Below are positions 38,701 through 49,523 of a DNA stretch of 64,000 nucleotides, one piece after another. Location: the NCBI RefSeq assembly GCF_041146345.1, contig NW_027191404.1, positions 2,604,001 to 2,668,000 on the forward strand, read 5' to 3'. How positions within the stretch are numbered: the first letter of the stretch is position 1; every line of letters starts with the position of its first letter. The notes beneath the pieces were generated by a model. The model was not told the DNA's origin, did not search any database, and saw only the letters and a program-made list of their open reading frames with translations. A program made the translations under genes and the position numbers. This DNA comes from Neodothiora populina. Taxonomy: Eukaryota.

Positions 38701-39115
38701 GGGCGAAGTCAGCTGGACGGGACAATACGGAAGCGCAGGACGACCGACGGCACTGTCAAGTCGGGGAGGAAGAGGTGGTGCCAGAGGCGGTAGAGGCGGT
38801 TCCGGACCTTCCTCGGCATCGGTTCTGGCCAATTTGTCTTCACGTCAAGCATCAAGGAGCAGCACACCATCTTCTACACAATCGCAGCCAAAGGGGAAAG
38901 AATTTCTGGGTCTGATTAGGGATTACCTGCTTGCTCATGGAGGAAGAGTACACACTCAGATGTTGATTGATCATTTTAATCGATTTTGCGGTACGCCTGC
39001 TCGGACCGCCGAGTTCAAGGAGATGTTGAAGAGCATTGCTGTTCTCGAAGCCGGCCCATCTAGAGGCGCTGGTAGAGGCAAATGGGTACTCAAGGACGAG
39101 TATAGAAACAAGTGA
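35705..39115 (+). CDS. RAD26: SNF2-family transcription-coupled repair ATPase Rad26/CSB/ERCC6
   Basis: RDFLIRTGKITPF, GDEMGLGKT, LDEGHKIRNP, LSGTPMQNNLTELWSLFDF, YDPDWNPSTD.QARERAWR and a C-terminal WH (EFKEMLK...WVLK). Intronless. Confidence 0.97.
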   Translation: MDPDIQEDEIPTYDEDADEATRLASLAVGARDQDDLERDIGRQADVLLLEQATERDQKRLDKTESDKARLEGQIHRLERKLTAFGNQATKNKIRAEIAHYQAQVEDLNKDLEQIQKRMNDRQQDGDAASSSLLEEKGGRMPGESQRDFLIRTGKITPFSKMGRQLLRTSSSLADVMLDAEEEQENDNDGDEALAEDNQKSHRDLMVPGFADNDDHDDVKEEGEQSERPAKRRRLQSRKTDDNDDEDNEDDDDDDDDDAYIPDLDDKGLAEIGESGDDEEPTDEDADGDFSIANGKKRVRTKRTEEEDLTGIDDGNEQVYQSRLQSWVKRRSAARGQPTDEDEWHVPLPNKPDADFEGGYKVPGDIYPSLFDYQKTGVQWLWELFSQQVGGIIGDEMGLGKTIQVISFLAGLHYSKKITKPIIIVTPATILKQWVNEFHRWWPPLRVSILHTSGSGMLDVNREGKIEDDMEYRELGAQRTGLSKSEKAAKRIVDRVARDGHVLVTTYSGLQTYADFLIPMDWEYAVLDEGHKIRNPNTAITIYCKELRTHNRIILSGTPMQNNLTELWSLFDFVFPMRLGTLVNFRQQFEFPIKQGGYANASNLQVETAMKCAETLKDTISPYLLQRFKIDVASDLPKKSERVLFCKLTKLQRGAYEFFLSSEEMQRILDGKRQALYGIDILRKICNHPDLVEHKTLSQKEGYNYGSGAKSGKMQVVKALLEIWRKDGHKTLLFAQHRIMLDILQRFVSSLPGFNFLRMDGNTSIKDRQNLVDRFNKDPDLHVFLLTTKVGGLGVNLTGADRVIIYDPDWNPSTDIQARERAWRLGQKREVEIYRLMTAGTIEEKIYHRQIFKQFLTNKILKDPKQRQTFQLRDLHDLFTLGEAEDGQTETGSLFKGTEVKLTEAEDKDMDNIAGLSRQEDFQSAEEPAPETPDNGRVLAGIFARSGVQSALSHDDIISGNSSRKVQADPEIIAREARRVAAKAAAELRRAGEIARALPAGEVSWTGQYGSAGRPTALSSRGGRGGARGGRGGSGPSSASVLANLSSRQASRSSTPSSTQSQPKGKEFLGLIRDYLLAHGGRVHTQMLIDHFNRFCGTPARTAEFKEMLKSIAVLEAGPSRGAGRGKWVLKDEYRNK

Positions 39116-39130
39116 TTTGTTTTTCTTCTT

Positions 39131-41485
39131 CTACTTGTACTCTATCTTAATGACCCAGCAGAACTCTGTTGCATCGAGAACCTTCTCATCAATGTCAATA
39201 ACCAGCTTCTTATCTTCTTTTGTCCACGTCAGTTCGCTCCCGAGAGAAGTAACAATGTCCCCTTCGAGGATCGGAACCGGCGCCTCGACAACCACTTTCC
39301 CAGCCTCAGGCTTTTCAAAAAACAAGATGAAGAACGCATCTCTCGTCTGCGTGAACCTCATCGCCTTCTCCTCAGTCTGCACAAACCAATACGTCGTATT
39401 GAAAACCGCTTCCTCGTGCCTCTTGAGCCATTTCCCAGCCTGCAGCAAATTCCGCTTCTCAGCCTCCACAATCGACCCGTCGGCGCGAGGCCCGATATCC
39501 AGCAGGAAGTTCCCGTTCTTGGACACCATATCCACGAGCGACGACACGATCGCCGACGCATTCATGTACGCCGAGTCGTTTGTGGCGCGGTTGTACGCGT
39601 ACGAATACGGGTCCATGCCACTGTTCGACTCCCACTTCCTGCGCTGCGCAGACGAAAACGTAGTGTACTCCGGCGTGTCGAAGTCGGCGGCCTCGGGGAT
39701 GCCGCAGCGCGAGTTGATGGTGACTTGGCGGTTCGTGGCGCGCGCGTGGTTCCACCATGAGGACGCGAAGGCCGCGGTGCCGTTCGCTGCGCCGCAGTCG
39801 CACCACATTATGTCCGTCGAGTAGTTGTAGGCTAGGATCTCCATTTGCGGGACCATCAGGTCGGAGATAAAGTCGTTGATTGGGACGCGGCCGGTGTAGG
39901 GCTCTAGGGCGCCCGTGTAGGGGTTGTGAGTTTCCATGCCGGGCCATGACACCGAGCTGTTGGCTGGGGTTTGTTGGAAGCCATAGGGTGCGAAGTCTGG
40001 GTTGAACCATTCGGGCAGCGAGAAGTAGGTTCCGCGCTTCAGGTGCGGTTGGTACTTTTCTGCCGCGTCGAAGAGTTCTGCGAGGAGGTCGCGTTGTGGG
40101 CCGTAGAGGATGGAGTTGCGGTTCGTTGAGTTGCCTGTGTCGAAGTTTGCGAAGCCGTCGTGGTGTTTGGTCGTCAGGACGAAGTACTTTGCTCCTGCGT
40201 CGGAGAACAAATCGACCCATTCTCTGGGGTTGAATTTGGATGCTCTGAACGAAGGGAATGTATCATCGTACGACCAGTTGGCACCAAAGGTTCGCAGTCG
40301 GTAGTCGTAAAAGTCGGACTTGTCGGCTTGGGGGTGGTGGGTAGAGTACCACCAGAACCATTCTGCGTAACTCTCGTATGGAGAAGAATTGCCCCAGCCA
40401 GTGACAGAATAAGGACCCCAGTGGATGAAGATACCGAACTTGGCATCGTCGTACCAATCAGGACTCTCGTGCATCGACAGACTTTCGAGATCAGACGTAT
40501 ACTCTGTCAGACCAATGTTGACGCCAGAGAAGTGGGTCTTCTGATGAAGTACACCGTCATCGAGGTGGAGAGTGACAGTACCGTTTGTCTTCCCACTGAC
40601 ACCAATGTTGACTCGTTTCTGGTCACCAGGACACAACCGCTTGATCCACGCCTTTTCGACTGTGTGAACGCCTGAAGCAGTGATCGAGACATTCATACCA
40701 TTGCCGGCTACACATTCCGAGCCGGAATTGTTGATTGTGATTTCGACAATCTGTGTTCCGTTCCCGGTCCACTTCTGAGTTGGACGAACTGACTGAGCCT
40801 GGACTGATGAACCCTTCCATAGTGAGATGGAGAAGATGTGCAGTCTTCCCGTGGTCGTGTTGGTTGTCTCGGGTAGTACGATCGAGCTCAGATTCATTGT
40901 CGTTTCAATGGCAGCAGTGTATTCGTAAATGTGAGTCGTGTTGAAATTGGTGTCATTTGCAGTGTATCTAGAAGGGAAGATGATCTCGCCTCTATTAATG
41001 GTCAAGAATGCAAACCAAGGTAGACTCCGCAACTCGGAAGTGGATGTAGTGTTGTCTGTGTAGATATATGTGACATTTGCAGTCACCACTTCCAGCTCGA
41101 CATCCGCAGAAACAAGCATTGAGACAGAGAAATATTTGTGCTCTGGCACGGAGATAGACTGGGATTTGCAGAGGATGTTGTCTGGCTTAGATGGGCCGTT
41201 GTAGCCTGGGAAGTCATATAGTATACCAGTCTGGGTCGAGGTATATGTTCCGTTGAGACCGACATGTGGTACAGGATAGGACTGATTCAGAGGATCAAAG
41301 GCAGCTTCACCGGGATGTTTACCAAAGGCTTTGTTGTTGAAGTGATGTGATATATCAAGAGGGACAGACTATAAGTGAAGGTTAATATAGTAAATCCGAA
41401 ACACCGAGGCTTTCTTCCATACCTTCGCAACAGCATTACACGATGCTGAGACTGCGCTCAGCAGCAGCGAATTGAACAACCTCAT
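39131..41485 (-). CDS. Secreted GH29 alpha-L-fucosidase with long N-terminal extension; intron 41369-41422
   Basis: Signal peptide MRLFNSLLLSAVS; PDWYDDAKFGIFIHWGPYSV, YAEWFWW, GAKYFVLTTKHHDGF, IMWCDCG and VSKNGNFLLDIGP. Confidence 0.95.
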
Positions 41486-42006
41486 CTTTACTGACCAGAG
41501 GACTCGAACGATTACAGGCACCTACATATGCTTTTTATCATTTCGTATCAATGTCACATCATTACGACACGCGTGCAGACGACGACGCAGGAACAGTAGC
41601 GGATTCCAGCGTAATGGTACAGTGACATCGGTTAATTCCCCACTTTGATAGTGAACATACCTTATAAAGATAGGCTTGAGGCTGAGATAAGGCAGAAGCA
41701 GCTTCGGCATAAGGCTAGGATTCGCCGCAAGAGCTAATGGCCGCCTAAACAGCGTGTTATCTTGCGCTATAACACTACAGAAGCGACATGGCCACATCGC
41801 TTACTCGAGTGCAAGGAAGCAAGCCGATGCTACGGTATACTACCCTCTTATCTTGAAGTTGGATGATCGACAAGTTGTACGACTTGGACGAGGGATGGTA
41901 AGGTGTAACGCTCTTGACGATGCTACTGTAGGTGTGGTGTAGTTAATTGAGATAGAAAAAGGCAGAAGAAAGACCTCTGTAGTCTTTTAGAGAGTGATCA
42001 TCAAAA

Positions 42007-43731
42007 ATGTTGTCATTCATCTTCTTGCTGATTGCCGGGGCTACGGCCTTCAATAACCCACGAGGTGTTGACATATGGTGTGGCAAGGCGTACAGACCGA
42101 CGTAAGTGAAGAATAGGAACTCAATACCAAGAAGATGATATTGATCATGGCATAGTAATGCATCTTTCAATCCAGGAGGATGGTTCGAAGAACCTACTGT
42201 TTCTTCGGTGCCATTACTGGACTTCAGAATCAGACCTCGGATGACACTATACCTCGAAAGTGACTCTGTCGGCAGCTTTCTTGTAGATGCGTCTGTTTCC
42301 GATCAGATTGGAGAGCCCTTGTATACTGCTTCCAATGTATCATCGTCAACAAAAGAAAAGCTGCACTATACCATCACCGTCGGCAATTCTTCTGTTGTGA
42401 AAGTCAACGCGACAACACTAGAACTTGGAACATCTGACAACGAGGTTCATTTCGACCCACATGAAATCCCTGTCAGCCCCACCCCGTACAAAGTCACCAT
42501 CCATGGCTCTCTCCATGGACAAAACTTCACAGCAAACACCGAGCTCTTGCGTCTACCAAAAACCAAAGGAAGCGCGACTCGACTCGACAATCTCTACGGC
42601 GGTCTCTCCGTGCAGAAGCCAAACTCAACCACATGGGATCTCATGTTCCCATACACTTACTACGTCCAATGGACACTCTACTGGAACGAGTCCGTATCGA
42701 CCCTCGACGACTTCGCAGCCAGAGGCTACAACGTCATCCACATCGTGCCCACAGGCGACCTAGGATCAACTCCTTTCCCATGGGACGTCTTCGAGCCCTA
42801 CCTCCAACGTGCCGACGAACTAGGTCTCTACTTCCAATACGACGTGCGCTGGGAATTCGCGAACCTGACGACCATGATCGACCAAGTGACACGGCTACGC
42901 GAGCACCCCTCGATCCTGCTATGGTACACGGGCGACGAGCCAGACGGCAAGTCCAACCCCCTGAACTCGACCGAGATCGCATACTCGACCATCCGCGCTC
43001 TAGACCTCTACCACCCGGTGTCTATGGCTCTCAACTGCGCGAACTTCTACTACAGAGAATACGCGGCCGGCGCAGAAATCATCCTGTCCGATGTCTACCC
43101 CGTGTCGACCAATACTTCGTGGTCGACGGTCTACGAAACGCCGTGCAACGCGACCTACGGCTGCTGCGGCTGCGACGACTGCACGGGGAGCATGGCGGAC
43201 ATCTCGACGCGACTGGATTCGTTCGCGCACTTCGACGACGTCATCGGGTGGTCGAAGACGCACTGGTCTGCGCCGCAGGCGTTTGGCAACGAGACGTTTT
43301 GGTCGCGATACCCTACTGCTGCCGAAGAGGTCGTCATGGCTCTCGTCGCGGTCAATCATGGCGCCAAGGGGCTGGTCATGTGGGATTTCCCGACCACGGA
43401 CGAGTTGCTGCGCATCACGGATAGGTTGGCCAAGGTCGTGACGGATACTGAGGTCGTTGAGTTTCTGCTGGGTGCGGAGCTCGTGCCGCTTGATAGCCTG
43501 CGAGCAGACCTGGATGCGGCTGCTTGGATCGCTGCCGACGGGAGGCTTCTTATCAGTGTGATTAATCTGGGTTATGGCGATATTAAGGGGGCGGTTGGCA
43601 TTAAGATTCCTGTTGGGGATCATATCACAAAGACACTATGGGGAGATATAGATTGGAGAATTGCTGATGGAATTATTGAGACCGAGAGTGAGATTCCCGG
43701 TCTTGGTGTCTCACTTTTGATGGCTAGATAG
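42007..43731 (+). CDS. Secreted uncharacterised glycoside-hydrolase-like (TIM-barrel) protein; intron 42102-42155
   Basis: Signal peptide MLSFIFLLIAGATA, WCGKAY, GYNVIH, HPSILLWYTGDEPDG (clan-A-like acid/base context), ILSDVYP, CGCDDC, PQAFG and GAKGLVMW. Confidence 0.75.
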
Positions 43732-43769
43732 AAAGGCTAGATGGAAACAACGAAGAAGAAGAAGATAAT

Positions 43770-45542
43770 CTAAGCATAACGACCCTTGATGGCATCTGCC
43801 GCCTTCTCGGCAACAGCGTACAAAGTCGAGGTCAAGTGACCGCAGACTTGCATGGGAATGACAGAAGCATCGACAACACGGACGTTGTCGGTGCCGTAGA
43901 CAAGAAGGCTGTCGTCGACAACACCACCGAGCTCCTCGCTCATCATGGCGGCAGTGGAGATGTAGTGGAAGTTGGAGCGGTAAGCGCTCTTGACCCACTT
44001 GGCCCAGTCGGCGTCGCTTGCGTTCTCGCCGACAACGTCGAGTCCAGGCTCGCTCTCGCCATTGATGTTGTTGGAGAGAGGGGCAGTGTTGGCAAGAGTA
44101 CGAGCCATCTTGGAGGAGTAGACCTGCTGAGCAGTATCGTACTCGAGCATGAAGTAGTTGGGGTCGATGGCAGCACCGGCGGATGCGTTGGAGGAGGTGA
44201 TATGAATATTGCCACGAGAGAAAGGAAGAAGACCCCAGTACTCGATGCTGAAAGTACCGGTTGAGGTAGGTGTGACAAGGATCTCAGAGACGGGAAGGTG
44301 GTTCTGGAAGATGAGGTCGGATTGGATCTTGAAGAGGGAAGCGGTGACGTTGACATCGATAACATTGCCGGTAGCGTTGGCGACTCTTGCGGCGTAGGAG
44401 TTGATGTTGTTGACGACAGAGGCCTCGATGGCTGCGCTGTTGTTACCGAACAGCTGGGCGGCGGTGAAGTAACCAGCGAAACCAGCGTTGCCGGTGTAGT
44501 TGGACTTGCTACCGAAAGCCATGTCGGAGGTGGTCTGATCCTGGAGGTTCTCGCCGACGAAACGGTTGGCGACCTTGACGGGGACACCTGCCTTCTTGAG
44601 GATGGCAGGGTTACCGACACCAGACTGCTCAAGGATCAGGGGAGATCTCAGGGCACCAGCGGAGAGAATGATCTCGCGGTTGGCAAGGATAGTCTTCTGC
44701 TGGCCACCAGTGGTGAAGGTGACACCGTTGGCGAAGGGCTTCTCGGTGTGAGACTCTGCCTCCCAGGTCATGCGCTCAGCAAAAGCGTTGAGATAGATGT
44801 CGAGGTTAGGTCTCTTGGAGACGGGGTAGTAGTAAGCCCTGCCAGCATCCTCACGAACATTCTGCTCGTTATCGAGGGTCTTGGGGAAGATGTTGATACC
44901 GCGAAGGGTACCGTTGTTGGGCTCAGGGTTGTAGTCGAGACCGAGCGCTTGGTAGGTGGAGTTGATCTCATGAACGATCGAACCGTTCATCATGGTCTCA
45001 GCCCAGCCGACAGTGAGAGGACCGGTGAAACCATGAACACGGGGATCGCCACTGGCGCCAGCGACCCGCTGTGCGGCGGAAGGGGTCTGGAAGTATTCGC
45101 TCTTCTTGTAGTACTCGAGGAGAGTAGTCCAGTTCCAGCCGTGGTTACCGAGCTTCTCCCAGGCGTCGATTTGGGCAGTCTCGGCACGGAGGTAGGTCAT
45201 ACCGTTGATGGTAGAGGTACCACCGATGGCCTTTGCTGCTCTCATGACTTGAGCCTTGCCGCCAGCATACTTCTGGGGGGTGGACTCGTAAGCCCAATCG
45301 ATAGCGGTACCGAAAGCCTTGCTGTAGCCCATGATATCGGTAACATTGGTGTTGTTCATGACCGAGTCACCAGCCTCGATGATAGCAACAGAGACAGTGG
45401 GGTCCTCGGATAGACGGTTGGCGACAACCAGACCTGAGGTACCACCACCGACGACAATGTAATCATAGCGAGGGTTGCTGACAGTTGCAGGAACGGCAAG
45501 AGCGCCTGAAACGAGCGAGGCCAGAGCCAATTGGTACAACAT
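43770..45542 (-). CDS. Secreted GMC oxidoreductase AA3_2, FAD glucose dehydrogenase/glucose oxidase type
   Basis: Signal peptide, GGGTSG FAD motif, GGTSTING, VGENLQD, RSNFH, RVVDAS and GHLTSTLYAVAE. Intronless with strong codon bias. Confidence 0.93.
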   Translation of the reverse strand: MLYQLALASLVSGALAVPATVSNPRYDYIVVGGGTSGLVVANRLSEDPTVSVAIIEAGDSVMNNTNVTDIMGYSKAFGTAIDWAYESTPQKYAGGKAQVMRAAKAIGGTSTINGMTYLRAETAQIDAWEKLGNHGWNWTTLLEYYKKSEYFQTPSAAQRVAGASGDPRVHGFTGPLTVGWAETMMNGSIVHEINSTYQALGLDYNPEPNNGTLRGINIFPKTLDNEQNVREDAGRAYYYPVSKRPNLDIYLNAFAERMTWEAESHTEKPFANGVTFTTGGQQKTILANREIILSAGALRSPLILEQSGVGNPAILKKAGVPVKVANRFVGENLQDQTTSDMAFGSKSNYTGNAGFAGYFTAAQLFGNNSAAIEASVVNNINSYAARVANATGNVIDVNVTASLFKIQSDLIFQNHLPVSEILVTPTSTGTFSIEYWGLLPFSRGNIHITSSNASAGAAIDPNYFMLEYDTAQQVYSSKMARTLANTAPLSNNINGESEPGLDVVGENASDADWAKWVKSAYRSNFHYISTAAMMSEELGGVVDDSLLVYGTDNVRVVDASVIPMQVCGHLTSTLYAVAEKAADAIKGRYA

Positions 45543-46295
45543 TGCGTGAGAAGAGAATGTAAGGAGCGAATTGATAGATGGGAAATTTGAGAAGGAATCG
45601 GGACGAGTACCTACTTTATAGGACTTACTGTATAGCTATGGTTTGTAAGTTGTGTGGATGAGATTCCGCGTTTCAGTAATAATCCAGACTATACCCCGGA
45701 ACCTTCAGATGTACTATTTCGTGTCAAGTACACTATTTTGGTGTTACAGAAGATGATTTTGACAATGATTTTCGGTTTGACCTCGGTGACGTATGGTAGA
45801 TGCGATGACGATCCCTGCCTTAGCGCGACAGATTTGTTAGATAAGATGGGAGATTTCCAAGGACCAAGAGAAAGGGCCCGGCTGTGCAATTTTTCTGTCC
45901 TTCGCGATCCGGTCCGTCCCTACCAGAAAGGAGAAATGACTTCATGCCTAGACACTGGCATTATTGCGCGGTTGGCAAGGATATCAGATCATGATACCAA
46001 TCCCTGCGTACTCCATACTTAATCGGCCGTGGTGCGTATGGCGTTTCTCTACCGATCTGTCGTCAGGCCCGTCCCGACGGGAGGAAAAAACACAGACTAC
46101 CGGCCGGTGTTATCGGATTTGTGCCTAGTTTATCGATTACTGTACAGTAGTTCGGCGAAATTAAACTCCTCTCGGCCCCCGTGCATCCCAACCGAAAGTT
46201 CGGTCGGCGGGTTCGGGATAGATGGGATAATAAAGATCAAGGAGTTACTGCAAGAACAGAAGATTCTGGATGTAGTAAGCTATTGCGCAGAAAGA

Positions 46296-47807
46296 TCAAC
46301 CTTCGTCGGCGTCCATTCCGTCTCGTCCTCTTTTACCGCCACGTGCTGCTCCGCCTCTGCCTCCACGTTGACTTCTGTCGCCACGACCATTCTTCTTGTC
46401 GTTAAGGTTCTTCATCTCTTGGATGGCCACGCGTTGAGCTTCCGAGACCTTTTCCGCGAAGACCATGACTTCTTCTCTTGGCGCCTTGTACTCGTCCAAA
46501 GTCTTGGACAAGGCCTTTTCGATGCGCTGGTAAACCTCGACGTCATACTGGGTGACGACGGATATCGCAACTCCGCTTTTACCTGCTCTCGCCGTTCTTC
46601 CCACGCGATGGACATAAGTTTTGCTGTCTGGTGGGAGATCGAAGTTCAGGACCAGATCCACAGACGGGATGTCCAGACCTCTGGCTGCCACATCGGTAGC
46701 GACAAGAATGTCTCTGCTCCCTGCTCTGAACTTTGACAGAGCACCCAGACGGGCTGATTGTGACAATTGACCGTGGATAGGAATGGCACCGAAGCCAAGA
46801 GCGCGAAGGAGGAAGGACAGTCTTTGGGTTTCATGAACCGTTCTCGTGAAGATGATTGTACTCTGTCCCGCATGTTCGTTTAGGATATGAACGAGGTAGA
46901 TGTCCTTGAATTTATGAGGGATGAAAAGATAACTCTGGATCAGCGTCGATACTGTCTGGTAGGAAGAGTCGCTGATAGAGACTCGTAGCGGGTTGTGTAG
47001 GGACGCGCGCTGCAAGGACTCGACTTTTGATGAGATTGTTGCACTGAACAGGTATGTCTTGCGTTCTCTCGGTAGGACTTTGAGGATTTTGTCCAGGATG
47101 GGACCGAAATCAAGATCCAAAAGACGATCGGCCTCGTCCATGACTAGGTATTTCAGCCCTCTCAGAGAAAATCCTTTTGTGTTTTCGAGATGATCCAGAA
47201 GACGGCCCGGGGTGGCCACGATGATATGGGGTTTCTTGCCGAGAGCGATGGCCTGCTGTACCATGTCCATGCCACCGACGATAACAGCACTTCGAACAGA
47301 GATGAGGTTTCCCAGGGCTTCGAATTGTCCACTGATCTGGTATGCCAACTCACGAGTCGGTGCGAGGACAAGACCGAACAGTGACTGCGGCTTCTCCATG
47401 AGTGCTTGCAGGATGGGTAGAGCGAAGGCGGCAGTTTTACCAGATCCGGTTTCAGCGAGACCGATCAGGTCACGGCCTTGGAGTGCTAGCGGTATCGACT
47501 CGCGCTGGATCGGGGTGGGATATTTGTAGCCGAGGGTGGCACAAGCCTCGCAGAGGGCGTCGATTATTCCCAGTCCAGCAAATGTCTTCTTCTTCTCCTC
47601 CTCTTCTTTCGGCTCTGCTGGTGCATCCTCGGCTGACGCCTCCTTCTCTTCGCGCGCTTGAGCGATGGCTGTCTTTGCCGTCGGAAGCTCGTCCACGAGG
47701 GTGTCGTCTATCTGATCCATGGTTTTCTTGGATGGTTTGGGCTGTGGTGATTCTTCGGTGAACGAAGAGCGCTCATGCTGCAACTTTCTCTTCTTCAGGG
47801 CGGACAT
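46296..47807 (-). CDS. RRP3: DEAD-box rRNA helicase Rrp3 (DDX47)
   Basis: [39 protein letters not shown] and [12 protein letters not shown]. Confidence 0.96.
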   Translation of the reverse strand: MSALKKRKLQHERSSFTEESPQPKPSKKTMDQIDDTLVDELPTAKTAIAQAREEKEASAEDAPAEPKEEEEKKKTFAGLGIIDALCEACATLGYKYPTPIQRESIPLALQGRDLIGLAETGSGKTAAFALPILQALMEKPQSLFGLVLAPTRELAYQISGQFEALGNLISVRSAVIVGGMDMVQQAIALGKKPHIIVATPGRLLDHLENTKGFSLRGLKYLVMDEADRLLDLDFGPILDKILKVLPRERKTYLFSATISSKVESLQRASLHNPLRVSISDSSYQTVSTLIQSYLFIPHKFKDIYLVHILNEHAGQSTIIFTRTVHETQRLSFLLRALGFGAIPIHGQLSQSARLGALSKFRAGSRDILVATDVAARGLDIPSVDLVLNFDLPPDSKTYVHRVGRTARAGKSGVAISVVTQYDVEVYQRIEKALSKTLDEYKAPREEVMVFAEKVSEAQRVAIQEMKNLNDKKNGRGDRSQRGGRGGAARGGKRGRDGMDADEG

Positions 47808-48018
47808 TTTGATATTGCTTTGCCGTTGGTTGTGGTGGAGAAAGAAAAAGCGACAGGGTTCAGTCTTTGTTCTTTGTGTATTGTAAGACAATTGATTGAA
47901 CGGCGCTAAAACCCCGCATTTTTTCACCCTCGTGGATTATTCCTGATCTAGAGATTTTGTTCTATCGAAATCTTGTGATATTCTTGAAAAAGGACAACAA
48001 CCAGAATAAACTACCAAA

Positions 48019-49522
48019 ATGGCCAAGAGAAGAGTCAAGAAGCGCACCCACGTCGGCGCAAAGGGCACACAGGCTGCAGTCGGAGATGCTCCTTCCAAGC
48101 CAGGTGCTCGCGCCCCCAAGAGTATGGTTATCCGTATCGGCGCCAGTGAGGTTGGACCCAGTGTTTCTCAACTCGTCAAGGATGTGAGGTCGATGATGGA
48201 ACCCAACACAGCCTCGAGGTTGAAGGAGAGGAGGACCAACAAGCTGCGCGACTACACCACAATGGCGGGTCCGCTTGGTGTCAGCCACTTGATGCTCTTC
48301 TCCAGATCAGAAAACGGAAACACGAATATGCGACTCGCAATCACTCCGAGAGGACCGACTTTACATTTCAGAGTGGACAAGTACAGTTTGTGCAAAGACG
48401 TGTTGAAGAGCATGAAGAGGCCGAAGAGCGACAGCGCAGGATATTTGACATCACCATTGGTAGGGATCCCCCAGCACCTTCCTTCCTCTTTCGTCTGATG
48501 CTAATTTGATCCTCCAGTTGGTCATGAACAACTTCATCCAAGCGACGACGGAAGCAACGGAAGACGAGTCGAAATCAACGAATCCCATCCCGAAACAGCT
48601 CGAGTCTCTGACGACGACTATTTTCCAATCTCTGTTCGCTCCCATCTCACCCCAGCAGACTTCCCTCAACTCGATCAAGCGAGTCATGCTTGTCGACCGC
48701 GTGCCTTCCAAAGACGACGAGCATCAGTTTGTTCTGCAATTACGTCACTACGCAATCAAATCCAGCACACCGAAACACTCTCTCCCCAAGGCTCTACGAC
48801 GATTGGAAAACGCCGAGAAGCTCACGAGAGCAAGCAAAGGTCTACCCAATCTGGGCAAATTCGATGATGTCGCCGACTACATCCTGGATCCCACGGCGGC
48901 GGCAGGCTTCACGTCAGCGAGCGAGAGTGAAGCAGACACGGATGCTGAAGTCGAGGTTCTGGCGCCTGAGAACCGAAAAGTCATGAACAAGGAGGAGAGG
49001 CAACGGATGAGAGACGCCCAGCGCGAACGCATAGCTGCTCAGACCGCTGCAGAGAACGGCCAAGAGCCTGCTGCTGCTCCCCCCAAACGCGCACCGAGGA
49101 CAGAGAAGAAAGCCATCAAGATGCAGGAGCTGGGTCCGAGAATGACGCTTCGTCTGACAAAGGTCGAGGAGGGATTGTGTGGAGGCAAAATCATGTGGCA
49201 CGAGTACATCTCCAAATCAAAATCAGAGACCCAGAAACAAGAACAGACCTGGGCCGTCCGTCGCAAGGAGAAGGAAGAAAGAAAGAGAGTGCAGAAGGAG
49301 AACGTCGAGAGGAAAAAGGAGCAGAAGAAGAGCACCAGGGGCGCCAAGCACAGGGAGGCTGCAGAAGAGGGCGATGAGGATGAGGACGAGGATATGGAGG
49401 ATGCCTGGAGTAGTGACGACGACGACGACGAGTGGCATGGCGAACACGATGGAGAAGGTGGCGACAAATACGCTCCTCCTGTTGTGGATGATGAAGACGA
49501 AGAGGGCGAGGACGAGGAGTAG
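48019..49522 (+). CDS. SSF1: Brix-domain ribosome biogenesis factor Ssf1/Ppan; intron 48460-48517
   Basis: PKSMVIR, MEPNTASRLKER..NKLRDY, GPLGVSH, PRGPTLHF, LRHYAI and ELGPRMTLRLTKVEEG. Confidence 0.95.
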
Positions 49523-49523
49523 A

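Noticed and set aside
44298..45413. 371-aa ORF antisense to the GMC gene, and similar shadow ORFs over the sugar porter, ILV2 and acdS
   Set aside because: Expected antisense artefact of strong codon bias.
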